A stretch of DNA of 63,823 bases, counting the filler. It is 7 parts of 7 records of this genome, joined end to end, with 100 filler letters (N's around TTAATTAATTAA, not from the genome) between each part and the next. Parts side by side here need not be neighbours in the genome. Positions count along the whole stretch, not along the records: positions 44,143 to 52,449 come from DRR723986_12845; positions 52,550 to 58,694 come from DRR723986_12858; 5 more parts are not named here. The stretch is one strand, 5' to 3'. Of the stretch, positions 47,420 to 58,694 are shown piece by piece. The translations under genes and the position numbers were made by a program. Positions within the stretch are counted from its first letter, which is position 1, and every line of letters starts with the position of its first letter. The notes under the pieces are model-generated. The model made no database searches. It saw only the letters and a list, made by a program, of their open reading frames with translations, and was not told the origin of the DNA.

Positions 47420-49693
47420 ATGCCCAATATAAAATCCCGAAATGTGCACACCGCGCTGTTGTACAAACTGCTGCTGCCGCTGGTACTCCTGCTTTTTTGT
47501 GAAACCGATACGCTGCATGCGCAGGACACCTACGTGTACGGAATTGGGCCTGGTGGTTCACGGTTTGGACGGATGGACTTCTTAAATGGGAGCATGGAAA
47601 CCCTCGGAGATGGAGTACCGGCAATTAATTTGGAATTAACTTACGGCGCTGCGATTGATCCACATCGCAAACGTTACACATATATATCCGGCCATCAGAC
47701 AATCGTTAGCCTTGATCTGAACACGGGACAGGTAGTTAAACAAAAAAGCTATCCGCTTGGGAAAATGTATATGCTGGATTATGATGAGGTAACCGACAGG
47801 TACTACATAATCTATGCCGGAAAGTCCGAACACATGTTGGCAATTGATTCAGAGTCTCTGGAACCTGTCGACCTCGGCTTTACGTTCCGAGTGGCGAGTT
47901 GGCATACCTGCGGTTTCTTCGTGGATGGTGAACGTGGTTTGTTAATCTACAGACCTCTTTCTTCACAAATGGATGTTCTGGATCTAAGCAAGGGCACCTT
48001 ACTACGTGAAGTTGACACTGGCTCAAGAGTGAGTGGAGCATCATATAACGATCTGGATGGACTAATCTATGCATATCGCATGAATTGGCCGGAGCTTGCC
48101 CTGATTACAATTGATCCGCAAACTGGAGTGGTAAATACACTGTTTAGCGTGTTAACTACCTGGAACCTACATGTTCAACTGCTATGCCTTAACAGAGTGC
48201 ATACGGCCACCCAAACGCATCTTTCGGTTACCGATGGACAACTATTGGCTGTTGATCTAGCTACACAGAAACTGACAGTATGGCCTAATACCGAGCAGCA
48301 GTTGCGTTATGGTGTTTGTGTGTACAACAATTCCACACATGTTACTGAAGTGAGCGGAAGGGTGTATTTTGACCAAAATAACAACTGTGAGCCTGAAGAC
48401 AGTGACGCATCTCTTGCTGGTATGCGCATAAACTTTGGTGACAAGGGATATCGCGCGTATAGCGATGGCGCGGGAAATTTCAGGGTCTTTTTGCCGGAAG
48501 GGGAATATGACGTCTCGTTGGAAAACGAATGGCCCTGGCAAGTAGATTGTGCACCTGCACCCGCAAAAGTTGTGATTGATCAGGAAGGCACGCCGCTCGA
48601 CGGAATTACGCTCTCTGCATCACCGCTTGTGTCATTCGATCATCTTGAAATTAGTTTGCTCGCAGAAAGAAGCATTGTTGGCAGGCCGCTAGTTTATACT
48701 ATCAAAGCTGTTAACAAAGGGACGCGCATTTTTAGCGGGATACTTAACTTTAGCTACGCAGATATTTTGCAAAACTTCAAGTCCACACCTGCTGCGGACT
48801 TGCATGAGCCCGGGCTGGCACAGTGGAATATTCGCGATCTGGGCATAGGGGCTGCACAACATATTCAAGTTGAATTGCGTATTCCGGGCGACCCTGAATT
48901 GCGCGGTACGGAGATTTGTGCGCGTGCATACCTGGAAAAGCAGGACGAAATCTTAGCCGCTGACAGAACTGATGAAGAATGTGTCATTATCAGGGCAGCC
49001 TACGACCCCAACGATATCAGTGTTGCTCCGCGCGGGTTCGGACCGCGTGGTTCCATCCTGGCTGAAGACTCAACACTCGCATATACTATCCGCTTCCAAA
49101 ACATTGGTGACGCTCCGGCTTTTGATGTTGTCATTCTGGATACCTTGGACGAAGACCTGGATGTTAACAGCATACATTTTGGTGCGGCAACACATGATTA
49201 CGATGTAAGTTTAATTGCGGGTAAAATACTTGAATTTCGGTTTAACAATATCATGCTGCCTGGAAAAGACGAAGATGAGCCGGGCAGTCATGGAGCTGTG
49301 AAGTATAAATTGGATCTCAGGAATGGTTTGCCGGAAAATACGGAAATTCACAATCGAGCAGCGATTTACTTTGACTTCAATGAACCGATCATCACCAATA
49401 CGGTAGTTAACACTATCGCCAGTACAATTACCGGTGTACAGACTGGTGAACTTGACGATGACGAGCTTGAGCTGCGCTTGCTCGGTAGCAGCCTTTTTGT
49501 TTTGCACGGATCCACAAGTTTGAATGGACGTCTGAGTGTGTATTCCGTCCTTGGGCGCAAGGTCTTTGAGCGTCAGGTGCAAAACCAGCCACAAGCCACA
49601 ATCGATTTAGGCTCACTGCCAAGCGGGCAGTATCTGATTCGCTACAGCAACGGCACGGCCTCATTTGTCAGGTCTGTTAATGTTGCGCGTTAA
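47420..49693 (+). CDS. Secreted multidomain protein A: beta-propeller-like head, SdrD-B-like and DUF11-like Ig domains, YDPND domain, T9SS-type CTD
   Basis: Signal peptide; SGRVYFDQNNNC; YTIKAVNKG; YDPND..YTIRFQN.G..V.I.DTL..N.A.IYFDFN.PI.TN; tail VYSVLGRKV...IDLGSLPSGQYLI. Confidence 0.75.
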   Translation: MPNIKSRNVHTALLYKLLLPLVLLLFCETDTLHAQDTYVYGIGPGGSRFGRMDFLNGSMETLGDGVPAINLELTYGAAIDPHRKRYTYISGHQTIVSLDLNTGQVVKQKSYPLGKMYMLDYDEVTDRYYIIYAGKSEHMLAIDSESLEPVDLGFTFRVASWHTCGFFVDGERGLLIYRPLSSQMDVLDLSKGTLLREVDTGSRVSGASYNDLDGLIYAYRMNWPELALITIDPQTGVVNTLFSVLTTWNLHVQLLCLNRVHTATQTHLSVTDGQLLAVDLATQKLTVWPNTEQQLRYGVCVYNNSTHVTEVSGRVYFDQNNNCEPEDSDASLAGMRINFGDKGYRAYSDGAGNFRVFLPEGEYDVSLENEWPWQVDCAPAPAKVVIDQEGTPLDGITLSASPLVSFDHLEISLLAERSIVGRPLVYTIKAVNKGTRIFSGILNFSYADILQNFKSTPAADLHEPGLAQWNIRDLGIGAAQHIQVELRIPGDPELRGTEICARAYLEKQDEILAADRTDEECVIIRAAYDPNDISVAPRGFGPRGSILAEDSTLAYTIRFQNIGDAPAFDVVILDTLDEDLDVNSIHFGAATHDYDVSLIAGKILEFRFNNIMLPGKDEDEPGSHGAVKYKLDLRNGLPENTEIHNRAAIYFDFNEPIITNTVVNTIASTITGVQTGELDDDELELRLLGSSLFVLHGSTSLNGRLSVYSVLGRKVFERQVQNQPQATIDLGSLPSGQYLIRYSNGTASFVRSVNVAR

Positions 49694-49749
49694 CCTGCCT
49701 TGCCACAGCACGGTTTAAGGCCGCGTTCAGTAAGAGAGTTGTAAACATA

Positions 49750-49787
49750 AACGACTGGGTGTGACACGGAGAGCACGCCCAGTCGTT
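49750..49787 (+). terminator. Hairpin after secreted protein A
   Basis: AACGACTGGGTGTG...CACGCCCAGTCGTT 14-bp stem. Confidence 0.5.
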
Positions 49788-49793
49788 CAGAGG

Positions 49794-49919
49794 CACCACA
49801 AGCTTTCTTTTTACGGCCCGCCCAGCGAAAGCTGCGGCAAGCCGTACCGCACACCGGTGGCGCGGTTCTGTGCGGCATGTGGCAATGTGCGTGACTTTGT
49901 GCCGGACCGGAATGCTTGA
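49794..49919 (+). pseudogene. Remnant of a second Zn-ribbon gene copy
   Basis: Translates as HHKLSFYGPPSESCGKPYRTPVARFCAACGNVRDFV, homologous to 47058-47192. The N-terminal WCWRC part is absent, there is an in-frame stop at 49731, and one Cys is replaced by Ser. Confidence 0.8.
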
Positions 49920-50360
49920 GGACGATAGCTCCGTACAACCAGGGCCGCGCGCCGCAAGACCGCAGAATTCCAGTCGATGGGAATTGCAGATTTCCTGCTC
50001 GGAAGTTTTACGCTGGAATGATGACTGAAGACTGCGAGTCTGCATTCGACCGTTTGCAGATTGAGTTTCCATAACTAACAAGAAACTCAAAAAGCAAACC
50101 TGGCTTCAAACAGGCGCTGCAACGCTGGTAAGAAGTCTAGAGCTTGTGTTGCGGTGACAAGGTAGGTCTCATTGCTCCAATGCCTAAAATGCGTAGATTA
50201 CATGGAATGAGGAACAAATTGATTGTGCAGTGCAAACTACCTGGCCCAAGGTGCTGCAGATCAATAAAGAGCCCCGGGTCGATAAGTTCACGCGCCTGGA
50301 GTCCTTCGTTTTTTCTCATCAAGTCAGCAAGCCTTTAAACAAGCACTAAACTGAACCACT

Positions 50361-52449
50361 ATGCTGAATAATCTTGAGCAAAATGCGAAATATTTATCGT
50401 GTGTCTTTTTCTGTATTCTCTTTATTCTGAGCGCTGACGCACCAGTAATCTTTGCCAAAGATGCTTACGTCTACGGTATGGATCAGGCAGGTCGTGGTGA
50501 GGACTTCACTGAGTTTCAACGGATAAATATCCATACGGAAGCGGTCGAGATCCTTAATGCAGAGATTCCGATTGTTTATCCATCTAGTGTAAAGTTATCT
50601 GCAATTGATACTCGTCGAGGTCATTATTGCTATATTTTTGGAGGTGAATTTGTAGTGCTGGACCTTGAGAGTGGAGAACGCTTAAGCAGTCACAGTACTA
50701 AGGATTTGCGTCCGATTGCATTTGAGTATGATCGAGCCATGGACTCCTACTACGTTTTTCATGGACAAGCCGGATTCCATTTGGCACGCATCGATCCGGA
50801 AACATTTGAGAACGTTGATATTATTTCACTTGGAGAGTTGGCGGCACCTGGGTCGAGATACACCACATATGTTGATGGGTATCGCGGAAGATTGGGATAT
50901 ATGTCACAATACCATCGAACGTTTTATACCTTTGATCTGTCCACTGGTGAGTTAATTAACGAAGTTGAAAATGAGCTTGCCTTGGAAACAATCGGCTACA
51001 ACCATGCCGATGGTTTGTATTATGGAGTGACCGATAGAAATACGACACAGCTGGCATTTGTTGTAATCGACCCTCTAAATGGTGACATACTGACGCGGAA
51101 TCTCTATTCCGAATTTGGGATTGATGAATTGAACTTTTCGCAGTTTCATCGTCCCGCCGTTGATTACTCTGCAGGTGAGGCCTCAGTAGTCTATCTGACC
51201 TCCAGAGGTTTGTTTAAGTGGCAACCGGAAAGCTCAACTGCTAAAAAGTTGGACCGCGCGACATTTTTTACAGCTGCACGTTTGTACAATGCCGGATTTA
51301 AGCGCAATCACTTAACGGGATTTGTGTACGCTGACCCGGCTAATGACTGTGTTCGCGATGCTGGTGATGATCCGCTCGTGGGCATGGCGCTTGATTTTAG
51401 CCCTGGAGACTACCGTTTTTTTAGTGGATCCGACGGACGATTTCGTGCTTTTTTGCCTGCGGGAACTTATACACTGGATCTGCAAGCAGAATGGCCCTGG
51501 AGCATTGATTGCACTTCATTGCCTCGCCAACTTGTTGTAGATGCTATGGCTTCCGAACCCGTCGAATTTGACGTCGCAGCATACCCGGAGGTTCGGCTCG
51601 AACATCTGGAGCTAAGTATTGTATCCAGTCGTTTGATTGCCGGGCGTACGGTGCAGTTTGATATTAGGGCCGTTAACCGAGGAACGATTGCCTTCAACGG
51701 TGCCTTACGCTTCACGCACGATCCAATTCTTGAGCAATTTGAATCGAGGCCGATGGCCGATCGAACGGCCGCAAATGTAGCTGAATGGGACATAGAAGAC
51801 TTGCCAATCGGTGACATCCGCCATTTTGTTGTTACAATGTCCGTACCGGCGCGACAAGACCTTCACGGGGAGCTGTTATGCGCACGGGTTGAGTTAGTTG
51901 AGAAACGTGAAGATCTGCTTGCGTCTGACCAGTTTGATGAGATTTGCAGCCGCGTGTTGGTTTCATATGATCCCAATGACATATCTGTTGCTCCCGTCGG
52001 ATTTGGCGAACGCGGCAAAATCGCGAGTGAAGACTCAACGCTTGCGTATACTATTCGCTTCCAGAATATTGGTGACGCACCGGCTTTTGACGTAGTGATT
52101 TTGGACACTCTCGACGATGATCTGGACATTAACACTCTGCACTTTGGCGCGGCAACACATGAATATACCGTTGGGTTGTTAGACGGCAAGGTACTCGAAT
52201 TTCGGTTTGAAGGAATTGAACTCCCCGGCAAAAGTGAAGATGAGCCGGGCAGTCATGGCGCTCTCAAATACAAAATCGATCTGAAGAAGGGGCTGCCGGA
52301 AAACACTGAAATTCATAATCGTGCCGCAATCTACTTTGACTTCAATGAGCCGATAATTACTAATACGGTAGTTAACACAGTGGCTAATGCTGTGACGAAT
52401 GTTGAAGGGATTGCTGATCATGACGAGCTTGAGCTGCGCTCGCTCGCTA
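50361..52449 (+). CDS. Secreted multidomain protein B, paralog of 47420-49693 (3' truncated)
   Basis: Same architecture; YDPND domain near-identical to protein A, N-terminal head strongly divergent. Confidence 0.78.
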
Positions 52450-52549
52450 NNNNNNNNNNNNNNNNNNNNNNNNNNNNNNNNNNNNNNNNNNNNTTAATTA
52501 ATTAANNNNNNNNNNNNNNNNNNNNNNNNNNNNNNNNNNNNNNNNNNNN
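52450..52549. other. Artificial contig spacer
   Basis: Same linker. Confidence 0.99.
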
Positions 52550-52566
52550 CATCGCCCAAGAACGGA

Positions 52567-53190
52567 TCAGTCGGCTTTCTTTTCGCCCCAGCGGGGTACC
52601 AGGGTTTGCGGAAGATCAAGGTGGTCGAGAATCCGGGCCACCATAAAGTCCACCAGATCATCCACCGACTGCGGATTGTGATAGAACCCGGGGCTCGCCG
52701 GCATCATCACCGCGCCCATGCGGGTGAGCCTGAGCATGTTTTCCAGGTGCACTTCGGAATACGGCGTCTCCCGTAACACCAGAATCAGCTTGCGGCGCTC
52801 TTTCAAGGCCACGTCGCCAGCGCGCTCAATCAGATTGTTACTGGCGCCGGTGGCCAGTGCCGAGAGCGTGCCGGTACTACAGGGACAAATCACCAGCGGT
52901 GCCTTCTCGCCGGAACCGGAAGCCGGTGGAGAAAACCACTCCTCCCGGCCAAAGACCTGCACCTGCCCGGTTTGCGCACTGGCGAAGTCCGACAAGGCCT
53001 CTGCCATGGCAGGCGTGGAACCCGGCAGCCGGAACTCGGTTTCAGTCGCGATCACCACCTGGGCGGCCTTACTGATCATCACGTTCACACGGCAACCATT
53101 GGCTACCAGGCACTGCAACAGACGAAGCCCGTACTGGGCTCCAGACGCGCCGGTAAACGCCAGATTAACAACCGGTGATTGTTCAGCCAC
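52567..53190 (-). CDS. ubiX: Flavin prenyltransferase
   Basis: TGASG, ASGS, PCSTGTL, RAGDVALKERR, RETP, PGFY; GTG start overlapping the mpl stop. Confidence 0.95.
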   Translation of the reverse strand: MAEQSPVVNLAFTGASGAQYGLRLLQCLVANGCRVNVMISKAAQVVIATETEFRLPGSTPAMAEALSDFASAQTGQVQVFGREEWFSPPASGSGEKAPLVICPCSTGTLSALATGASNNLIERAGDVALKERRKLILVLRETPYSEVHLENMLRLTRMGAVMMPASPGFYHNPQSVDDLVDFMVARILDHLDLPQTLVPRWGEKKAD

Positions 53191-54577
53191 GACGCTTCTC
53201 CAGTTCCGCCACCAGTTTCCGATGAATGCCGCCAAAGCCGCCATTACTCATGATCACGATATGACAGGTCTCTGGCAGCCCCTCCAGGGCCTTCTCAATC
53301 AGTTGTTCCACCGACGCTTCCACCCTGTGATGATCCAGCTCACCATGTTGCGCCCGCCAGCTTTCCACCAGTTCCGGCAGCCAGTCCATATCACTGAGGT
53401 TACCCCAAAGCACCCGATCTGCCAGCGCTGCACTCGGAATCAGCGTCTGCTTGTGCACACCCTGCTTCATGGTATTGGAGCGGGGTTCGATAATGGCCAG
53501 GATTGGCTCATCCCCCACCCGGTTACGCAACCCCTCCAGGGTGGACGCAATCGCGGTTGGATGATGGGCAAAGTCGTCATATACGCGCACACCGCCGATT
53601 TCGCCCACCAGCTCCATTCTGCGCTTAACACCGGAGAACCGGCACAGCGCCGCCACCGCATGATCAGGCGTAACGCCCACATGGCGGGCAGCGGCAATCG
53701 CCGACAGGGCATTACGCACATTGTGCAAGCCGGTCAGGTTCCATTTCAGGGTCGCCACCGGCTGCTCATGGTGGATGACCATGAAGCGGCTGCCATCCTC
53801 AGCCAGAAGCTCAGCCCGCCAGTCCGCCGTGCGGCTGATCTCGCTGCCGATGGCCGTATCCTGCACCGGGCTCCAGCTCCCCATCTCCAGAGCATTATCC
53901 AGGTGACTGTCCAGGGCAGGTCGAATGATCAGCCCCTGAGACGGTACGGTACGGACAAGGTTATGGAACTGACGCTCGATGGCTTCCACGTTTTCGAAAA
54001 TGTCGGCGTGGTCGAATTCCAGGTTATTCAGAATCAGGGTATTCGGGCGGTAGTGGATAAACTTGGAGCGCTTGTCAAAGAACGCGCTGTCGTACTCATC
54101 CGCCTCGATCACAAAGAAATCACTGCTGCCCAGCCGGGCAGACACCGGAAAGTCCTGAGGCACACCGCCTATCAGGTAACCGGCATCAAAGCCGGCCTGG
54201 TCGAGAATCCACAGCAGCATGGCCGTTGTGGTGGTTTTCCCATGGGTACCGGCTACGGCCATCACCCACCGGTGGCGCAGGACCTCCCGGGCGAGCCATT
54301 CGGGGCCAGACATATAATCAATGCGCCGGTTGAGCACTGCTTCCACTTCAGGGTTACCCCGGGACATGGCATTCCCGATCAGCACCAGATCCGGATTCGG
54401 CTCCAGGTTCTCGGGCCGGTAACCTTCTGTCAACGAAATGCCCTGGGCCTCCAGCTGAGTACTCATGGGAGGGTAAACGCCCTGGTCCGAACCGGTCACC
54501 TTATGCCCCAGCTCCCGGGCGATCACCGCCAGACTGCCCATGAACGTGCCGCAAATGCCCAGAATATGTATATGCAT
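53183..54577 (-). CDS. mpl: UDP-MurNAc:L-Ala-gamma-D-Glu-mDAP ligase
   Basis: MHIHILGICGTFMG, YPPMS, GTHGKTTT, EADEYDSAFFDKRSKF, DDFAHHPTAI, EPRSNTM, MSNGGFGG. Confidence 0.97.
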   Translation of the reverse strand: MHIHILGICGTFMGSLAVIARELGHKVTGSDQGVYPPMSTQLEAQGISLTEGYRPENLEPNPDLVLIGNAMSRGNPEVEAVLNRRIDYMSGPEWLAREVLRHRWVMAVAGTHGKTTTTAMLLWILDQAGFDAGYLIGGVPQDFPVSARLGSSDFFVIEADEYDSAFFDKRSKFIHYRPNTLILNNLEFDHADIFENVEAIERQFHNLVRTVPSQGLIIRPALDSHLDNALEMGSWSPVQDTAIGSEISRTADWRAELLAEDGSRFMVIHHEQPVATLKWNLTGLHNVRNALSAIAAARHVGVTPDHAVAALCRFSGVKRRMELVGEIGGVRVYDDFAHHPTAIASTLEGLRNRVGDEPILAIIEPRSNTMKQGVHKQTLIPSAALADRVLWGNLSDMDWLPELVESWRAQHGELDHHRVEASVEQLIEKALEGLPETCHIVIMSNGGFGGIHRKLVAELEKRRG

Positions 54578-54721
54578 TAAGGTTGTGCCTCCGGTTTGAA
54601 ACCTGCCAAGCCTCTACCATACTTTCTGCGCGGTCAAGAGCCGGCATATGCTCATGAAAAACCGCGGTGTTTGGCGTATCATCTGCGCCATCGTTGAACC
54701 AGCAGGAGGCTTCAGCCCGAG

Positions 54722-55984
54722 ATGGCTATCAAGAACGCATTTTATGCCCAGTCTGGCGGGGTCACCGCCGTTATCAATGCCAGTGCTTGCGGTGTTATCC
54801 AGACCGCACGCAAACATCCGGACCAGATCGGCAAGGTCTATGCCGGCCGCAACGGCATCATCGGTGCTTTGAAAGAAGAGCTGATTGATACCAGTCTGGA
54901 ATCTGACGACGCCATCCAGGCCCTCATCCACACGCCAGGCGGGGCTTTTGGTTCCTGCCGCTACAAGCTCAAGAACATTTCCGAGAACCAGCGCGAATAC
55001 GAGCGCCTGATTGAAGTGTTCCGGGCCCACGACATCGGTTACTTCTTCTACAACGGCGGCGGTGATTCCCAGGATACCGCCTATAAGGTCTCCCAACTGG
55101 CCGATCGTATGGGTTACCCGATCACCTGCATTGGCGTGCCCAAAACGGTCGACAACGACCTTCCCTTCACCGACTGCTGTCCCGGCTTTGGTTCCGTGGC
55201 CAAGTACATTGCCACATCCACCCTCGAAGCCAGCCTGGATATCAAATCCATGTGTGAAACCTCCACCAAGGTCTTCATTCTGGAAGTGATGGGTCGCCAC
55301 GCCGGCTGGATTGCTGCCGCTGGCGGACTGGCCGGACAGAGCGAAGGCGAGCCGCCTCACGTCATCCTGTTCCCGGAGATTCCCTTCAACCGGGAGAAAT
55401 TCCTGGAGCGAGTGGATCAGTGCGTGAGGGATTACGGTTACTGCGTGGTGGTGGCGTCTGAAGGCGCCCAATACGAAGACGGCCGCTTCGTTGCCGATGC
55501 CGGCGCCAAGGATGCCTTCGGCCACACCCAGCTTGGTGGTGTTGCCCCGGCCCTGGCCAATATGGTGAAACAGGCGCTGGGCCACAAATACCACTGGGCA
55601 GTGGCAGACTATCTGCAGCGTGCAGCCAGGCACATTGCCTCGGCCACTGATGTGGAGCAGGCCTACGCGGTTGGCAAGGCTGCGGTGGAAATGGCCCTGG
55701 TAGGCAAACAGGCTCTGATGCCCACCATCGTGCGGGATCAGGCCAAGCCTTATCGCTGGTCAATCGGCGAGGCCAACCTCAGCGAGGTAGCCAACCAGGA
55801 AAAGAAAATGCCGATCCACTACATCACAGACAACGGCTTTGGCATCACTCAGGATTGCCGGGACTACCTGCAGCCGCTGATCGCCGGCGAAAGCTTCCCG
55901 CCGTTTGACGACGGTCTGCCCAAGGTTGCCAAGCTGAAGAACCAACTGGTGGAGAAGAAACTGAGGACCGAGTTCGAAATCTGA
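54722..55984 (+). CDS. 6-phosphofructokinase, probably PPi-dependent
   Basis: QSGGVTAVIN, GGGDS, PKTVDND, EVMGR. Confidence 0.9.
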   Translation: MAIKNAFYAQSGGVTAVINASACGVIQTARKHPDQIGKVYAGRNGIIGALKEELIDTSLESDDAIQALIHTPGGAFGSCRYKLKNISENQREYERLIEVFRAHDIGYFFYNGGGDSQDTAYKVSQLADRMGYPITCIGVPKTVDNDLPFTDCCPGFGSVAKYIATSTLEASLDIKSMCETSTKVFILEVMGRHAGWIAAAGGLAGQSEGEPPHVILFPEIPFNREKFLERVDQCVRDYGYCVVVASEGAQYEDGRFVADAGAKDAFGHTQLGGVAPALANMVKQALGHKYHWAVADYLQRAARHIASATDVEQAYAVGKAAVEMALVGKQALMPTIVRDQAKPYRWSIGEANLSEVANQEKKMPIHYITDNGFGITQDCRDYLQPLIAGESFPPFDDGLPKVAKLKNQLVEKKLRTEFEI

Positions 55985-56002
55985 TCCACCCCAGCAGTTC
56001 CA

Positions 56003-56037
56003 CAAAAAGAGCCCGGCCAAGTTGCCGGGCTTTTTAT
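56003..56037. terminator. Bidirectional intrinsic terminator
   Basis: AAAAAG-AGCCCGGC-CAAGTT-GCCGGGCT-TTTT between convergent genes. Confidence 0.85.
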
Positions 56038-56057
56038 TACGCCACAAGCGCTGAGGT

Positions 56058-56312
56058 TTAACTGGCCGTTTGCGCCTCGTGGCGGCGCACATACGCCGAG
56101 AAATCGTCGAAGCCACCCACATACTCGGAACCCACCAGAATCTGAGGCACCGTGTAGACCGGATGGCCGATACGGTCGGCAATGTCCTGTTTGCTCATAC
56201 CTTTTTCGATCATGTCCACCCACACGTAGGGGATGTTTCTGGATTCACACAGGTCCCTTGCCCGAACGCAAAAACCACAACTTGAACGGCCATAAATCGT
56301 GACCTGCTCCAT
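56058..56312 (-). CDS. grxA: Glutaredoxin 1
   Basis: IYGR..CGFC.RA, TVPQI, VGGFDD; AGGAGG RBS. Confidence 0.88.
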   Translation of the reverse strand: MEQVTIYGRSSCGFCVRARDLCESRNIPYVWVDMIEKGMSKQDIADRIGHPVYTVPQILVGSEYVGGFDDFSAYVRRHEAQTAS

Positions 56313-56466
56313 ACATACCTCCTGACTCAAAGGGTTGCGAGTGGCTGGCACTCAGCGCATTTATAATGTCGCAATAATGGCATGGCGAGCACCAATTGAA
56401 AATTGATCCTCGCCATGATCGTGATAGTAGCTGACGATACCGATATCGCCCGAGGAAGGGCCAGCC

Positions 56467-58599
56467 TCAGGTTTTCAGGCGGCCCAGTTCGCGATCCAGC
56501 ACCTGAACCTGGCCATCGAGCGCTTCGCCACTCTGGCGGACCCGCTGCGCCAACTCCCTCAGATCGTTGGCTGCGTCGCCGATGTGGGTCAGGTTCCGGT
56601 TAATTTCCTCGCTCACCGAACTCTGCTCCTCAGCGGCGGTGGCCACCTGGGTGACATGCTCAACAATCGTGGCGATACGCTCAACCACTGTGGCCAGCGA
56701 GTGACTGGCTTCCCGGGTACCCTCTACCGCGCTGGTGGCTCGCTCCACCCCGGTTCCAATGACCGTTACCGCACCGTCCACGTCGCCTTTCAGACGCTCA
56801 ATCATGCCACTGATTTCATCCGTGGATTCGCGGGTTCGGGACGCCAGCGTGCGCACTTCATCGGCTACCACCGCAAAGCCACGCCCCTGCTCTCCGGCCC
56901 GTGCAGCCTCGATAGCGGCATTCAGTGCCAGCAGATTGGTCTGCTCAGCAATGCCACGGATTACTTCCAGAATCCGGTTGATTTCCTCACTGCGCTGGGC
57001 CACGTGACCAATAGCCGAGCTGGCCTGATCCATATCGCCGGCCAGTGCATCCACGCCCCGCAACGCCGTACCCAGAGTATCCTGGGTAAATTTAATGCCA
57101 TCCCGCGCAGCCCGGGCATTATCCGCTGCCTCGCCAGCAAAGCCGGCCACTTCCCCCGCCGCCGCCGACATTTCATTCATGGCGGTCACCACACTATCGA
57201 TATCCTGATGCTGGCGGGCTGTCTGTTCATCGGTATCCCGTGCAATGGCGCCCACATCCGAAGCCTGCCCCCGCACCTGGGCATTCACATCTTTGAGGTC
57301 GTTGATCATTTCCCTCAGGCGGGCCAGGAAGGCATTAAAGCCGCCAGCAAGGTCAATCAGCTCGGCATGAGTGTCAATATCCAGTTCACGGGTAAGATCG
57401 CCCTCGGCACTGGCCAGATTGCGCATGCGCTTCCGGATTTCGTCCAGCGGCCGGGTAACCGAACGCACCAGCAACACCAATACGGCAATCGCAAGCACGA
57501 CCACCACAATGCCCACCACGGTTTGGCGGGTGGCCGTGCTGGTTACTTCGTCTGACAGCAACGCCGTTATTTCATTCACACTGGCCAGGGCGATATCGCG
57601 CGGCAATTCAATCAACAGCGACCATTCAGCGCCAGGTAACGCGACCTTGACGGGATACGACACGGCGAGAATCTCACCGTTGTCGAAGCTGCCTCCGCTG
57701 CGGTGCAACGCCGTAAATTCGCCAGCCAGATCCGGCAGTGCTTCCCGCAGTGGCCGGCCCAGATGCTCCTGATAATGACTCGAAGCAGCAATCAGGCCTT
57801 TCTCGCTCAGCAATGTGACCCGTGACTGGCCGCCAAAGAGTTCCTCGCTGACGCGGGCAATGGTCGACTGCAGTGTCGACAGGTTGATGTCGGAACCGAC
57901 CACCCCGGCAAACTCGCCGTCACTGATCACCGGCACCACCAGGCTGGTCATCAGCTCGGAGTAGCCCTCTTCAATCTCATACTCATAGGGCTCCATCAGG
58001 CAGGGCTTCAGAGAATCGCGGGAACACAGGTACCATTCGGCTTCACGGATCCCGAACTCATTGCGGTTATCCAGGTATTTGGTGGCAGGGTCTTCGGTTC
58101 TGCTGAACAACACATTGCCGGCCGGGTCCCGATAGTAGTAGATCTCAAGGGTGCCCTCATCACTGCTGTGTTCTTCCACGCCGCCGGTAAAGTAAATGTC
58201 CTGGCCGTCGTAACCATCCGGCTCAAACTGGGCGTAAATCGAACTCAGATGCTTCTGTTCCTCGAGCACAGCCCCAATGTTTTCCTGAAGGTCGCGCCGG
58301 CTTATCCTTCCGGAACTGTCCGCTTCTATATTGCGGGTAATCAGGCTGCGAACCACTTCAGGCGTCTGGTAGGCGGTTTCGAATACCCCGGTCACCAGCT
58401 CACCGTATTTCCCTGCGGTCGCACTAAGCTGATCCATTACAATACGTTGCACCGTGCCCCGGGTTTCCCGGGTCAGCCGTTCCTCCATGGAACCGAGGGA
58501 GAGCTGGGCGGTGATAACAATACTCACACCCATGGTTAGCAGCAGTGCAATCACCAGGGCGTAGAGTTTTACGCGCAGAGAGAGTTGTTTCATGTACAT
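56467..58599 (-). CDS. Methyl-accepting chemotaxis protein (dCache sensor, HAMP)
   Basis: Two TM helices, EPY..TSLVVPV..GVVG Cache motif, [34 protein letters not shown]. Confidence 0.95.
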   Translation of the reverse strand: MYMKQLSLRVKLYALVIALLLTMGVSIVITAQLSLGSMEERLTRETRGTVQRIVMDQLSATAGKYGELVTGVFETAYQTPEVVRSLITRNIEADSSGRISRRDLQENIGAVLEEQKHLSSIYAQFEPDGYDGQDIYFTGGVEEHSSDEGTLEIYYYRDPAGNVLFSRTEDPATKYLDNRNEFGIREAEWYLCSRDSLKPCLMEPYEYEIEEGYSELMTSLVVPVISDGEFAGVVGSDINLSTLQSTIARVSEELFGGQSRVTLLSEKGLIAASSHYQEHLGRPLREALPDLAGEFTALHRSGGSFDNGEILAVSYPVKVALPGAEWSLLIELPRDIALASVNEITALLSDEVTSTATRQTVVGIVVVVLAIAVLVLLVRSVTRPLDEIRKRMRNLASAEGDLTRELDIDTHAELIDLAGGFNAFLARLREMINDLKDVNAQVRGQASDVGAIARDTDEQTARQHQDIDSVVTAMNEMSAAAGEVAGFAGEAADNARAARDGIKFTQDTLGTALRGVDALAGDMDQASSAIGHVAQRSEEINRILEVIRGIAEQTNLLALNAAIEAARAGEQGRGFAVVADEVRTLASRTRESTDEISGMIERLKGDVDGAVTVIGTGVERATSAVEGTREASHSLATVVERIATIVEHVTQVATAAEEQSSVSEEINRNLTHIGDAANDLRELAQRVRQSGEALDGQVQVLDRELGRLKT

Positions 58600-58651
58600 C
58601 GAAACCTTTTTCTGTGAGGCTTAACCAACATCCTAGAGCATGGAGGCGTTT

Positions 58652-58694
58652 TTGGCCTACCTGACCCTGTTCCTGACATCTTTTGCCGCGGCAA
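58652..58694 (+). CDS. Probable YqaA/DedA-family membrane protein start (truncated)
   Basis: GGAGG then TTG-AYLTLFLTSFAAA; only about 14 codons visible. Confidence 0.4.

Noticed and set aside
47420..52449. Diversity-generating retroelement explanation for the paralog similarity
   Set aside because: No reverse transcriptase on the contig, and the differences are mainly synonymous rather than adenine-specific.
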